45,514 nt of DNA from NCBI GenBank assembly GCA_040767805.1, contig JAXGNU010000012.1, positions 1 to 45,514 on the forward strand, given 5' to 3'. The notes under the pieces are model-generated. The model ran no database searches, had not been told where the DNA came from, and was given only the letters and a program-made list of their open reading frames with translations. Positions 27,032 to 37,189 of the stretch are shown here, in pieces. The first letter of the stretch is position 1, and each line of letters begins with the position of its first letter. The position numbers were made by a program, and so were the translations under genes. Source of the DNA: Thermovirgaceae bacterium (GTDB taxonomy: Bacteria; Synergistota; Synergistia; Synergistales; Thermovirgaceae).

Positions 27032-27844
27032 TTGTCAAGCCCTTTCGGCAGAGGGATAGGGAACGTCAATTCCACCCGGGATTTCGCCCTTTCGCGGAGC
27101 CCGGCCCATTCCGTCGACGCCAGGGCGAAATGGGTCGTGACCCTGGCCTTTGCCGTCACGGTCACATCCTTCGGGAAGTACGATATTTCCCGAGTGATGC
27201 CGCTTTTCCTTTACCCCTTCGTCTTAACCGCCCTTTCGGGCCTGCCCGTCCAAGCTGTGGCCAAGAGGTCGGCGGCGGCGCTCCCCTTCATCCTGCTGGT
27301 GGGGGTCTTCAACCCCCTCATCGACAGGGAGCCCATGGCCGGTCTGGGCCCGGTGGTCCTGAGCGGAGGGTGGGTCTCCTTCATTTCCATCCTGGTCCGG
27401 TCGACCCTCATCGTATCGTCGGTGGTGCTGCTGGCGATGACCACGCGGCCCGACAACCTCTTCGCGGCCCTGGAGAGCCTGGGCGTCCCCTCGGCGCTCG
27501 TGGTGCAGCTCCAGTTCATGAACCGCTATATCGGCCTTTTGGCGGGCGAGGTGGAGAGGACCCTCCGGGCCCATTCGCTGAGGTCCTCCGGTAAAGGGGG
27601 CGGAATCCCGGTGCTGGTGTCGGGCCCCATGCTGGGCGGCCTCCTGCTGAGGACCATGGACAGGGGTTCCAGGATCCACCGGGCCATGGTGAGCCGGGGT
27701 TTCGATGGGGCCGTCAGGACGGCCCGCCCATCGCCGTTTTCCCCCCGGCGGGACGGCCTGTTCGTCTGTGCCTGGCTGGCCTACTTCGCCCTGGCGCGTT
27801 TCGTGGACCTGCCGGGCGCCCTCCTCGGGGTGATCGGGGGATGA
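27032..27844 (+). CDS. cbiQ: ECF transporter T component (CbiQ/NikQ)
   Basis: VDARAK, FMNRYI, AMVSRGFDG; start uncertain. Confidence 0.88.
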   Translation: MSSPFGRGIGNVNSTRDFALSRSPAHSVDARAKWVVTLAFAVTVTSFGKYDISRVMPLFLYPFVLTALSGLPVQAVAKRSAAALPFILLVGVFNPLIDREPMAGLGPVVLSGGWVSFISILVRSTLIVSSVVLLAMTTRPDNLFAALESLGVPSALVVQLQFMNRYIGLLAGEVERTLRAHSLRSSGKGGGIPVLVSGPMLGGLLLRTMDRGSRIHRAMVSRGFDGAVRTARPSPFSPRRDGLFVCAWLAYFALARFVDLPGALLGVIGG

Positions 27845-28596
27845 GGGGCCCTTACATCGACGTTAAGGGGCTTGAGTATTCGTACCCCGACGGGACCCCG
27901 GCGCTGAGGGGTGTCTCCTTCGGGGTGGGGCGGGGCGAGGCCGTGGGCCTCGTCGGGGCAAACGGCGCCGGCAAGTCGACCCTCCTGCTGGCCCTGACGG
28001 GCCTGATAGAGCCTTTTTCGGGGATCATCGATATAGGCGGTATGGTCCTTTCCAAGGGGACAGTCCGGGAAATACGCCGCCGCCTTGGGCTCATCTTCCA
28101 GGACCCCGAGGACCAGCTCTTCATGCCCACCGTTTTCGACGACGTCGCCTTCGGACCCATCAACCAGGGGGTGACCGGTGAAGCCCTGGCCGCCAGGGTC
28201 GCCTCGGCCCTCGACAGCGTCGGCGCTGGGCACCTCGCCGACCGACCGGGCTACCGCCTCTCCGGGGGTGAGAAGAGGTCCGCCGCCATAGCCGCCGTCC
28301 TCTCCATGGACCCGGAGATCCTCCTCATGGACGAACCCAGTTCGGGCCTCGACCCGAAGAGCCGGAGAGCGCTGATAGACCTCCTGGTGGGTTTTCCCCA
28401 CACGCGCCTCATCGCCGCCCACGACCTGGACCTCGTCCTGGACGTCTGCCCGCGGACGATAGTGCTGCACCGGGGAGAGGTGGCCGCCGACGGGCCTACG
28501 CTTGAGATCTTCCGCGACAGGGTCCTGCTGGAAAGGTGTTCCCTGGAGCCCCCGCTGTCGCTTCAGGGCTCCCGGCGGGCGCCGGGCGGTGGATGA
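27841..28596 (+). CDS. cbiO: ECF transporter ATPase (CbiO/NikO)
   Basis: GANGAGKST, FQDPEDQLF, LSGGEK, LMDEP. Confidence 0.92.
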   Translation: MRGPYIDVKGLEYSYPDGTPALRGVSFGVGRGEAVGLVGANGAGKSTLLLALTGLIEPFSGIIDIGGMVLSKGTVREIRRRLGLIFQDPEDQLFMPTVFDDVAFGPINQGVTGEALAARVASALDSVGAGHLADRPGYRLSGGEKRSAAIAAVLSMDPEILLMDEPSSGLDPKSRRALIDLLVGFPHTRLIAAHDLDLVLDVCPRTIVLHRGEVAADGPTLEIFRDRVLLERCSLEPPLSLQGSRRAPGGG

Positions 28597-28619
28597 CGTG
28601 ACCTTTAGGCGGGGCCCGG

Positions 28620-29243
28620 TCAATCCCCGTATTCGATGGTCACCACCATGTCGGTGATCCTGTCGCCGCCGGTTATGTTCAGGTCCATGGGGCAGGCCGA
28701 GACGGCGCAGACCAGGTTCATCAGGGCCCTGAAGGTGATGTGGTCGCCGGCCTTCGACAGGACCGGCAGGTGGACCAGGTTTCCGTCGGGGCCGACGGCG
28801 GCGTTCTCGAAGATGTTGAGGGGGTCGGGTATCTGCGCCCTGGAGAGTCCCCATGGGGCCAGGACCTCCTCGAAGTTGGCCACGCAGCTTCTATGGTCCT
28901 CCACGCCGTAGTCGACGAGGTAACGTTGCTCGTCGCAGGCCGGGATGAGCATGTCGTGGGTTCCGACGGTGTCCTCGACGATCTCCATCATGGGCCTGCG
29001 GAGGTTGGTCCTGAGGGCGTCGCCCACCTTGAACTTTATTGAATGCAGCCCGAGCCTGGTGTGGGAGGGCGACAGTTTTTCCGAGAGGTCGTCGGCGTTG
29101 AAGGCCACCAGGTCGCCGATCTGCCCGCCCTCCACGTCGGTGACGGTGAAGAGTCCGTCCTTTCGGACCTCAAAGGCCCGGGCGTACCCGGCGGGTACCA
29201 GTATCTCCTCGCTGCGTCCCTTTTCAGCGCCCATGGGGATCAT
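28620..29243 (-). CDS. Urea carboxylase-associated family protein (DUF1989)
   Basis: DVEGGQIGD, HDML.PAC, HRSC..N, DPLNIF, SACPMD. Confidence 0.88.
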   Translation of the reverse strand: MIPMGAEKGRSEEILVPAGYARAFEVRKDGLFTVTDVEGGQIGDLVAFNADDLSEKLSPSHTRLGLHSIKFKVGDALRTNLRRPMMEIVEDTVGTHDMLIPACDEQRYLVDYGVEDHRSCVANFEEVLAPWGLSRAQIPDPLNIFENAAVGPDGNLVHLPVLSKAGDHITFRALMNLVCAVSACPMDLNITGGDRITDMVVTIEYGD

Positions 29244-29295
29244 TCCTCTCCTTTCAAATGGCGGGGGAGCGGACCCCCCCTGATAAGCAAGGATA

Positions 29296-29748
29296 TCACG
29301 TCGCCCGGCCCCGACGACCCGCCGTATGGTCCAGCAGGTAGTCCACGGCTTCCAGGTAGCCCGCCCACCCCCGGCCCTTGAAGGTCGCGACGCAGGCCTC
29401 GCGGATGTAGGAGACCCGGCGGAAGGTCTCCCTCTTGTCGGGGTCGCTCAGGTGGACCTCCACCGTGGGGAGGCCCACGGCCCTCACCGCGTCGAGGAGG
29501 GCCACGCTGGTGTGGGTGTAGGCCGCCGGGTTGATCACGATCCCGTCGAAGCCGTCGGTGGCTTCCTGGATGTAGTCGACCAGGGTCCCCTCGTGGTTGC
29601 TTTGGCGCACCTCGACACGGACGCCCCTCCGCCGGCAGTGTTCCTCAATGGCGTCCACGATCTCACCGTAGCTCTTTTCGCCGTAGATATCGGGCTCCCT
29701 GGTCCCGAGGAGGTTCAGGTTCGGCCCGTTAAGCACCAGTATGCGCAT
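29296..29748 (-). CDS. aroQ: Type II 3-dehydroquinate dehydratase
   Basis: NGPNLNLLGTREPDIYG, QSNHEG, INPAAYTHTS, EVHLS. Confidence 0.96.
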   Translation of the reverse strand: MRILVLNGPNLNLLGTREPDIYGEKSYGEIVDAIEEHCRRRGVRVEVRQSNHEGTLVDYIQEATDGFDGIVINPAAYTHTSVALLDAVRAVGLPTVEVHLSDPDKRETFRRVSYIREACVATFKGRGWAGYLEAVDYLLDHTAGRRGRAT

Positions 29749-30958
29749 GGAATTCCTCCAGGATCGCCCGGGCGGCCGGCAGCACCCCCCGGGAGGCGTC
29801 TATCCTCGCGTCGGCGGCCTCCCCGTAGAGGGGGCGGCGCTCCTCGTAAAGCCTGCCCAGGTCTTTTGACAGGGGGCGACCCTCGCGGGGGAGGTCCGCC
29901 AGGGGTCGGTCGAGCCAGTAGACCCGGCCGTTCCTGCGGAGGGCCGCCCGGTTCGCCCCGCTCAGGACGGCGCCCCCGCCGGTGGCGATGACGGACCCGC
30001 TCTCACCGGAGGCTTTGCGCACGACCTCCTCCTCGACCCGGCGGAAGGCCCCCTCCCCGTCGCGCTCGATGAGGTCCGCCGGGTCCCGCCCCGTCAGCTC
30101 CCTCACCATCTCGTCGGTGTCCAGCCTTTTCCGGCCCGTTTCACGGGCGACCCGCTCGGCCACCGAGGTTTTGCCGCTGCCCGGCATCCCCACCAGCACG
30201 ATGTTTTCCACCGCCCGCAGCAGGGCGGCATGGATCTCTTCGCTCTTCTCCTGTGGGATCTTCCCACCGAGGAAGGTTTCCGCCGCGAGCCGCCCCTGCT
30301 CGACGAGCATGGGCAGGCCGCAGGAGCAGGGGATCTCCCGCCGCCGCGCTTCCTGCAGTAGCCCGGTCCTCAGGGGGTTGTAGATGAGGTCCACCACGGC
30401 CTCCAGGGCCGTGAAGCTCCCCAGGCCCAGCGGCACTTCGTCGGCCAGGGGGTGCATGCCGACGGGGGTGGCGTTCACCAGGATCCGGGCGTCGGCGTGG
30501 CGGTGGATGTTGCCGTAGTTGTCCGGCCCGGAGCGGGAGACCTGGATCACCTGCCCCGCCCCCGAGTCGAGGCAGGCGAGGGTGACCGTCCGGGCGGCGC
30601 CGCCGGAGCCCAGCACCAGGACCTTTTTGCCCAACGGGTCGATGCCGGCCCGCTGAAGGAGGTAGAGGAAGCCGCCGTAATCGGTGTTGTCGCCGTGTAT
30701 TTTCCTTTCGCCGTCGAAAAGGAGGAGGTTCACGTTCCCCAGGCGCCGGGCGGTCTCCGTCAGGGTATCGCAAAGGGGGAGCACCCTTTTCTTGTAGGGG
30801 ATGGTCACGTTGAGCCCCGCCAGGCCGCCGCCCCGCAGGAAGGGCTCCACCCCGTCGGGCGGCACCTCGAACAGGCGGTAGTCGGCGATGCCCAGTTCCC
30901 TGTAGATCATGGGGGAGTGGCTGTGGCCCAGTTTCTCCCCCAGCAGCCCGTAGCGCAT
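29729..30958 (-). CDS. aroE: Shikimate dehydrogenase - shikimate kinase fusion
   Basis: HSHSP, NVTIPYK, DNTD, NATPVGM, DLIYNP followed by GMPGSGKT kinase domain; ATG at 30958. Confidence 0.93.
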   Translation of the reverse strand: MRYGLLGEKLGHSHSPMIYRELGIADYRLFEVPPDGVEPFLRGGGLAGLNVTIPYKKRVLPLCDTLTETARRLGNVNLLLFDGERKIHGDNTDYGGFLYLLQRAGIDPLGKKVLVLGSGGAARTVTLACLDSGAGQVIQVSRSGPDNYGNIHRHADARILVNATPVGMHPLADEVPLGLGSFTALEAVVDLIYNPLRTGLLQEARRREIPCSCGLPMLVEQGRLAAETFLGGKIPQEKSEEIHAALLRAVENIVLVGMPGSGKTSVAERVARETGRKRLDTDEMVRELTGRDPADLIERDGEGAFRRVEEEVVRKASGESGSVIATGGGAVLSGANRAALRRNGRVYWLDRPLADLPREGRPLSKDLGRLYEERRPLYGEAADARIDASRGVLPAARAILEEFHAHTGA

Positions 30959-30960
30959 CT

Positions 30961-31878
30961 TCAGATCTCCCTGTAACTGCCGAGGAAGTCGAAGAGGCGC
31001 CCCGAGGAGGCGCACTCGCCCAGGGCCCTAACCACCTCGTCGGACCAAACCGAGGCCTCCAGGTCGATGAAGAACAGGTACTCCAGGTCGTTGCCGGCGA
31101 TGGGTCGGCTTTCGAGTTTGACCAGGTTGAGGTCCAGCGCGGCGAACCGGGCGATCACGCGGTAGAGGGACCCCGACGTGTGGGGCAGGGTGAGCATCAG
31201 GCTCACCCGGTCCGACCCTGGGTAGATCTGCAGTTCCCTGGCGACGCAGATGAAGCGGGTGTCGCCGGTCCTACCGCCCTCCGCCGGGCCGCACTCCCCG
31301 GCGGGGGCGCGCAGCCGGGTGCCGCGCACGATGTGGAACCCGTAGCGGTGCAGGAGTTCGTAGACGGCGTCCATCGAACCGCCGGTGCCGTTCTCGACGG
31401 GCAGGACGCCGAAGTCGCACAGCCCCTGGGCCACCGCCTGGAACACTCCCTCGAAGCTGCGGAAGTAGAAAACCTCCGGCATGGAGAAGAAGCGGTCGCA
31501 GGCGGCCTGGGAACAGAACCCCTGCTCCCCGGGGCAGGCGACGGTGGCCCGTCGGGGAAAGCGGGGCGCCGTTTCGGCGACGGCCCTTTTGATGCGCCGC
31601 CCCAGTTCGGTCTCCCCTTCCCCGAGGGCTGCCTGGTAGGAGCGGCTCAGGTCGAACATGACCGAGTAGAGCAACCGGAGGTAGACGTCCAGGGGCTCCC
31701 CGGCGCGCTTGCCCACGCGGGTCAGGATCTCCCGCTCCCGGCCCGCGTCGAGGACGGGGATCCCCTGCCTCTGTTTTTCCCCGGCGATCCGGCCGCAAAG
31801 GTCCATCCTCCGGCAGACCAGGTCGGTGATCTCCTCGTCCAGCCGGTCGATCTCAGCCCTCAGTTCAGTCATTCCCAT
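30961..31878 (-). CDS. pheA: Chorismate mutase - internally shortened prephenate dehydratase - ACT
   Basis: CM domain LRAEIDRLD; GVLPVEN; TRF; ACT LNLVKLESRP; central PDT subdomain absent. Confidence 0.85.
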   Translation of the reverse strand: MGMTELRAEIDRLDEEITDLVCRRMDLCGRIAGEKQRQGIPVLDAGREREILTRVGKRAGEPLDVYLRLLYSVMFDLSRSYQAALGEGETELGRRIKRAVAETAPRFPRRATVACPGEQGFCSQAACDRFFSMPEVFYFRSFEGVFQAVAQGLCDFGVLPVENGTGGSMDAVYELLHRYGFHIVRGTRLRAPAGECGPAEGGRTGDTRFICVARELQIYPGSDRVSLMLTLPHTSGSLYRVIARFAALDLNLVKLESRPIAGNDLEYLFFIDLEASVWSDEVVRALGECASSGRLFDFLGSYREI

Positions 31879-31899
31879 GGTCCTTTCCCCCTTAGTCCG

Positions 31900-32973
31900 T
31901 TACAGTATGGCATCCAGCAGAACGATGCCCGCGACGGCCTCCACGCAGGGGACGGCCCGCAAAACGATGCAGGGATCGTGCCTTCCGGGCACGCGGATCG
32001 TCCTTTCCGTCATGGCGGCGAGGTCGACGGTCTTCTGCTCCATGGCTATGGATGAAGTCGGTTTCACGGCCACGCGGAAGACCAGGGGCATGCCGGTGGT
32101 GATCCCGCCCAGGATCCCCCCGTGGTGGTTCGTCCCGGTGACCACCCGCCCGTCCTTCAGGCGGTAGGGGTCGTTGTGCCTGGAGCCCCTCATCCCCGCC
32201 GCGGCGAACCCCGTGCCGAACTCGACCCCACGCAGTCCGGGGATGCCGAAGAGCGCCGCGGCGAGCCGGTTCTCCATGCCGCCGAATATGGGGTCGCCTA
32301 TCCCCGCCGGCACGCCGAGGGCGGCGCACTCCACGACGCCGCCCACGCTGTCGCCCTCGGCGGCCGCCGCGAGGATCTCCCTTTCCATGGCCTCCATCCT
32401 GGCCTCGTCTAGGACGGGGATCCGGCGGGTCGCGGGCAGGGCGAGGTCGCCCGCGGTCACGGCCGTCGGGTGGAACCGCCGGTCCCTGATGGAGCCCACC
32501 TGTTCGGCATGGGCCCCCAGGTGGATGTCGCGGCGCTTCAGGATCTGTATCGCCACCCCCCCGGCGACGCAGAGGGGGGCCGTCAACCGGCCGGAAAAAT
32601 GCCCGCCTCCCCGGGCGTCCTCGTACCCCCCGTACCGGAGGCGGGCCGGGTAGTCGCAGTGGGAGGGGCGGGGTGCGGTTGCGACCTCGCGGTAGTCCTC
32701 CGGCCTGGCGTCGGTGTTCTCGATGACCGCGCAAAGGGGGGCGCCGCAGGTGCGGCCCCCCGCGAGCCCGGAGAGGAAGCGGGGCTCGTCCTTCTCGACG
32801 CGGGGCGTCGAAAGGGGTCCTCCCCCGGGGGCGCGCCGCCTTAAGAAGGAGCGCAGTTCATCGAGGTCGACCTCCTCGCCCGCGGGCAGGCCGTCCATCA
32901 CGACCCCGACGGCCGGCCCGTGGGACTGGCCGAAGAGGGAAACCCGGAGCTTCTCACCGATCATCGATGACAT
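31900..32973 (-). CDS. aroC: Chorismate synthase
   Basis: GQSHG, RPSHCD, GGGHFSGRLT, KPTSSI, GRHDPC. Confidence 0.96.
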   Translation of the reverse strand: MSSMIGEKLRVSLFGQSHGPAVGVVMDGLPAGEEVDLDELRSFLRRRAPGGGPLSTPRVEKDEPRFLSGLAGGRTCGAPLCAVIENTDARPEDYREVATAPRPSHCDYPARLRYGGYEDARGGGHFSGRLTAPLCVAGGVAIQILKRRDIHLGAHAEQVGSIRDRRFHPTAVTAGDLALPATRRIPVLDEARMEAMEREILAAAAEGDSVGGVVECAALGVPAGIGDPIFGGMENRLAAALFGIPGLRGVEFGTGFAAAGMRGSRHNDPYRLKDGRVVTGTNHHGGILGGITTGMPLVFRVAVKPTSSIAMEQKTVDLAAMTERTIRVPGRHDPCIVLRAVPCVEAVAGIVLLDAIL

Positions 32974-34225
32974 CGCAATCTCCCCCCAAACTTCGGTAAT
33001 CCTGGAAAAAGGAAGGGTAGGACTTGTTCACCGCTTCCGCCCCCAGGAGGACCGTCTCGTTGCGGCAGCCCAGGGCCGCGACGGCCCCCGCCATGGCGAT
33101 GCGGTGGTCGCCGCGGCAATCCACGACGCCTCCCTCCAGGGGGGCGCCCCCCGTCACCTCGAGGCGGTCGGGTTCCTCCCGGGCGTCGCCGCCCAGGGCC
33201 CTTATCATCGAGGCTGTGCTCTCGAGCCGGTCGCTTTCCTTGAGCCTGAGGCGGGCCGCCCCCTCGAAGAGGGTCTTTCCCCGGGCGAAGGCGGCCGTCA
33301 CGGCGAGGACGGGGATGAGGTCGGGGATCTCCCTGGCGTCGATGGCCCCGGCCCCTTCGAGGGGTCCGCCGGTGACCCCGAGGGCGCCGCCCTCCCACCG
33401 GACGGACGACCCGAACCGGCGGAGAAGCCCGGCCACGGCCTTGTCCTTCTGGGCCGACGAGGGCGAAAGCCCGAGGCAGCGCACCTCGCCGCCCAGGGCG
33501 CCCCCGGCCAGGAAGAAGGCCATGTTGGACCAGTCCCCTTCTATAATCACTTCCCCCGGCGAGCGGTAACCCTCACCCGGCGGGACGAGAAAACCCCCGG
33601 CAGCGGCGGCCGCCGGCACCGAGAAGTCCCGCAGGGTCTCCAGGGTCATTTCTACGTAGCCCGAGGATTCGAGCGGCCCGAGGAGCCGGACCGAGCCGCC
33701 CCCGGGCAGGAGGGGCAGGGCGAGGAGCATCCCCGAGACGAACTGGGAACTGACGTTCCCCGGCAAGGGGTATTCACCCGAACGCAGCCGCCCCTTCAGG
33801 GCCAGGGGCAGGCTGTCCCGGTCGGCCGTCACCCCCCCTAGGCGCAGCGACGCGACCAGCGGCCCGATGGGCCGCTCCGGCAGGCGGCCGGCGCCGACGA
33901 AGCGCCCGCCCCGACCCAGGGCGGCCGCCACGGGCAAGAGGAACCGCAGGGTCGACCCGCTTTCGCCGCAGTCCAGGAGGGGGTTCTCCGGCGGGTCCTG
34001 CGCCGGGGTCACCACGAAGGCTCCGTCCTCCCGGGAAAAGGACCCCCCCAGGGCCTCAAGGCAGCGCCGGGTGGCCAGGACGTCCTCGCCGGCCCGGTCA
34101 CGCATCACCAGGCGGGTGGGTCGGTCGGCGAAGGCCGAGGCGATCATCGCCCGGTGGGCGTGGGACTTGGAGGGTATTGCATCGATGAGGCCCTTCAGCC
34201 GGCCCGGGCGGCAGACTACCCGCAT
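32954..34225 (-). CDS. aroA: EPSP synthase
   Basis: SKSHAHR, CGESGSTLRF, SSQFVSG, LRLKESDRL, DHRIAM, KSYPSFF; ATG at 34225. Confidence 0.96.
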   Translation of the reverse strand: MRVVCRPGRLKGLIDAIPSKSHAHRAMIASAFADRPTRLVMRDRAGEDVLATRRCLEALGGSFSREDGAFVVTPAQDPPENPLLDCGESGSTLRFLLPVAAALGRGGRFVGAGRLPERPIGPLVASLRLGGVTADRDSLPLALKGRLRSGEYPLPGNVSSQFVSGMLLALPLLPGGGSVRLLGPLESSGYVEMTLETLRDFSVPAAAAAGGFLVPPGEGYRSPGEVIIEGDWSNMAFFLAGGALGGEVRCLGLSPSSAQKDKAVAGLLRRFGSSVRWEGGALGVTGGPLEGAGAIDAREIPDLIPVLAVTAAFARGKTLFEGAARLRLKESDRLESTASMIRALGGDAREEPDRLEVTGGAPLEGGVVDCRGDHRIAMAGAVAALGCRNETVLLGAEAVNKSYPSFFQDYRSLGGDCDVIDDR

Positions 34226-35289
34226 GGCGCCCCCTCCACTCCGAGGGAGAGTATCTTCGGCAGCTCTCCCACCCCGACGGGGTGGAGGAAGCATTCTCCC
34301 ACCCTCCGGGGCATCACCAGGGTGATCTCGTCGCCCCGGCGCTTCTTATCGGCCAGGGCGGCCTCGGCCAGGCGCTCCGCTGAGTAGGGGCAGGCCGTGG
34401 GCAGGCCCATGGCCCCGAGGGCCGACGCGATCCTCGGCGCCGTACCGGGGGCGCAGAGTCCCATCGCCTCGGCGGCCCTGGTGATGACCAGCATGCCCAG
34501 CCCCACGGCCTCCCCGTGGCGGAGGGTGTAGCCGCTCAGCCTCTCGGCGGCGTGCCCCACGGTGTGTCCGAAGTTCAGAAGCCGGCGCGGGCCGAGGTCG
34601 GTCTCGTCGCGGCCCACGATCTCGGCCTTTCGCAGCACGCAGGAGGCCACGACATCCTCCCATATCGCGGGAAGTCCCTCCTCCAGGCGGCGGAAGAGGG
34701 CCTCGTCGCCGAGCATGCCGTACTTTAGGCATTCCGCCCCGCCGGAAGCCAGTTCCTCCCTGGGCAGGCTCAGGAAGGTGGAGCAGTCACAGAGCACCAG
34801 TTCGGGCTGCCGGAAGGCGCCGGCCAGGTTTTTCCCGGCCGGGAGGTTCACCCCCGTTTTCCCGCCCACCGAGGAGTCCACCGCCGCCAGCAGGGTGGTC
34901 GGCACCTGGATGTAGGGGATGCCCCGCTCGTAGACGGCCGCCGCGAAACCCGCGAGGTCTCCGACGACGCCTCCGCCGAGGGCGACGATGAGGTCCGTCC
35001 TGGTGAAGCCCTCTTCCCCCAGCGACTCCAGCAGGAGGTTGAGGCGGCCCATGGTCTTGGACCCCTCGCCCGGGGGGATGGCGTGCCGCACTACCCGGAA
35101 GCCGGCCCGGGCGAGGGAGGCCGCCGCGGTGTCGCCGTAGAGGAGGTCCACCGTCTCGTCGGTGACCAGCGCCGCCGAGCACGGACCGTGGAGCGGGGAA
35201 AGGTTTTCACCGATGCCTTTCAACAAGTCCCAGCCTATCAGGACCTTGTAGGGCCGTCCCGTTTCCACCCTTACCTCTATTACGGCCAT
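34216..35289 (-). CDS. aroB: 3-dehydroquinate synthase
   Basis: GGGVVGDLAGF, PTTLLAAVDSSVGGKTG, LNFGHTVGHA; ATG at 35289 overlaps tyrA stop. Confidence 0.96.
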   Translation of the reverse strand: MAVIEVRVETGRPYKVLIGWDLLKGIGENLSPLHGPCSAALVTDETVDLLYGDTAAASLARAGFRVVRHAIPPGEGSKTMGRLNLLLESLGEEGFTRTDLIVALGGGVVGDLAGFAAAVYERGIPYIQVPTTLLAAVDSSVGGKTGVNLPAGKNLAGAFRQPELVLCDCSTFLSLPREELASGGAECLKYGMLGDEALFRRLEEGLPAIWEDVVASCVLRKAEIVGRDETDLGPRRLLNFGHTVGHAAERLSGYTLRHGEAVGLGMLVITRAAEAMGLCAPGTAPRIASALGAMGLPTACPYSAERLAEAALADKKRRGDEITLVMPRRVGECFLHPVGVGELPKILSLGVEGAPCG

Positions 35290-36134
35290 CACTTCGCCCC
35301 CCCGGTGGTGGAGACCTTCCTCTTGCACTCGCCGCCCTCCCTGAGGAGGTCGAGTAGGGCGGTGACGCTGCCTTCTTCCAGGGCATCGACGTACCGTGAA
35401 AGCCTCAAGACCAAGGCCTTCAGTTCCCCGGCGAGGTTGCGCCGGTTCTCCAGGAAGATCTCCGACCACATCTCCTCGTTCAGGCCCGCCACCCTGGTCA
35501 TGTCCCGGAAGGTGCCGCCGAAGAATTCCCGCCGAGCGATGGAGGCGCCCTTGACGTAGGCGTTAGCGATGACGTGGGGGAGCTGGGAGGTGAAGGCGAC
35601 CATCCGGTCGTGTTCCTCCGCTGGGCAGGTGTGGATGCCGCCGAAGCCGCAGGCGAGGAAGAATTCCGTGAGCATGGTCATCACGGCCTCCGGCGTGCCC
35701 GGGGAGGGAGTGAGGATCATCGGGGCGCCGGCGAAGAGGTCCTCGCTGGAGGCCCCGTAACCCCACTCGGCCCTCCCGGCCATGGGGTGGCCGCCGACGA
35801 AATGGAAACCCCGCCGCCGGGCGATGGGGGCGACGGCGTCGCAGACGGGCGCCTTGATGCCGCAGAGGTCGGTGACGCAGCAACCCTTCTTCAGTTCCTG
35901 GGCGTGGTCGGCGATGAACTGCACCGAGGCTGCCGGGTAAAGGGCCACCAGCAGGAGGTCGCAGGCGGACAGGCCTTCCTCGTCCAGCACGCCATCGATG
36001 GCGCCCTCCTCGAGGGCCGCCCGCTCCGTGGAGGGGTCCGCATCGAGCCCCAGGACCCGGTGAGGGGTGAAACGCCCCGCCGCCTTGGCCATGGAGCTCC
36101 CGATGTGGCCGAGGCCCGCCACGCCGACGATCAT
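35289..36134 (-). CDS. tyrA: Prephenate dehydrogenase
   Basis: GLGHIGSS, GGHPMAG, EHDRMVAFTSQLPH, FRDMTRVA. Confidence 0.93.
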   Translation of the reverse strand: MIVGVAGLGHIGSSMAKAAGRFTPHRVLGLDADPSTERAALEEGAIDGVLDEEGLSACDLLLVALYPAASVQFIADHAQELKKGCCVTDLCGIKAPVCDAVAPIARRRGFHFVGGHPMAGRAEWGYGASSEDLFAGAPMILTPSPGTPEAVMTMLTEFFLACGFGGIHTCPAEEHDRMVAFTSQLPHVIANAYVKGASIARREFFGGTFRDMTRVAGLNEEMWSEIFLENRRNLAGELKALVLRLSRYVDALEEGSVTALLDLLREGGECKRKVSTTGGAK

Positions 36135-37156
36135 GACGTCGTCGCCGCCGTACCGGCCAGGACGGCCCGGAAAACGAGGTCCGCCGCCTTGGCCAGGTCG
36201 TCGAAGGCTTCGGGCGTCAGGGACTGGGGGCCGTCGCTCAGGGCGTGGGGCGGGTCGTTGTGCACCTCGATGATCAGACCGTCCGCCCCGGCGGCGATGG
36301 CCGAAAGGGACATGGGCCGGACGAGGCTCGCCATGCCGGTGGAATGGCTGGGGTCGATCACCACCGGCAGGTGGGACAGTTGCTTCAGCACGGGCACCGC
36401 CGACAGGTCCAGGGTGTTGCGCGTGGCGGTCTCAAAGGTGCGGATACCCCGCTCGCAGAGGATCACCTGCTCGTTACCCCCCGCCATGATGTACTCCGCG
36501 CTCATCAGCAGTTCCTCCAGGGTGTTGGAAAAACCCCGCTTGAGCAGGACGGGCTTCCTCAAGGTTCCCAGGACGCGCAGCAACTCGTAGTTCTGCATGT
36601 TCCTGGCACCGACCTGGAAAACATCCACCCCGTCGAAGAAGGGCAACTGGCCCGGGTCCATGATCTCCGTGACGATGGGCAGCCCTGTCTCCTCCTTGGC
36701 CAGGAGCAGCAGCCGGATCCCCTCCGCGCCGAGGCCCTGGAAGGAGTAGGGCGAGGTCCTGGGTTTGAAGGCGCCCCCCCGGAGCATGCCCGCGCCGGAA
36801 CGCTTCACCGCCCGGGCCACCTTGAAGATCTGCTCTTCTGATTCGACGGAGCAGGGCCCCGCGATGAGGACCGGCTTCCCGCCGCCGATGGTGACGCCGC
36901 CCACGGTGATCACCGTGTCTTCCGGGTGGAACTTGCGGTTGGCGTTCTTGTAGGGTTCCTGGACCCGCTTGACATCCTGCACAATTTCCATGGACCGGAT
37001 CAGGTCGATGTCCAGCCGGGCCGTGTTACCCACAAGCCCCAGGATGGTCTTCACCACCCCCCTCGAGACGTGCACCTGGAAACCGAAACTTTCCAGCCTC
37101 TCGATCAATTGCCGTACCTGCTCCTCTTTCGCGCCGTCCTTTATCAATACGATCAT
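36131..37156 (-). CDS. aroF: DAHP synthase (type I beta, N-terminal regulatory domain)
   Basis: IAGPCSVES, RGGAFKPRTSPYSFQG, GARNMQN, CERGIRTF, DPSH. Confidence 0.96.
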   Translation of the reverse strand: MIVLIKDGAKEEQVRQLIERLESFGFQVHVSRGVVKTILGLVGNTARLDIDLIRSMEIVQDVKRVQEPYKNANRKFHPEDTVITVGGVTIGGGKPVLIAGPCSVESEEQIFKVARAVKRSGAGMLRGGAFKPRTSPYSFQGLGAEGIRLLLLAKEETGLPIVTEIMDPGQLPFFDGVDVFQVGARNMQNYELLRVLGTLRKPVLLKRGFSNTLEELLMSAEYIMAGGNEQVILCERGIRTFETATRNTLDLSAVPVLKQLSHLPVVIDPSHSTGMASLVRPMSLSAIAAGADGLIIEVHNDPPHALSDGPQSLTPEAFDDLAKAADLVFRAVLAGTAATTS

Positions 37157-37189
37157 GTCGCCATCTCCAGACTTCCAGGATTTTTATAT

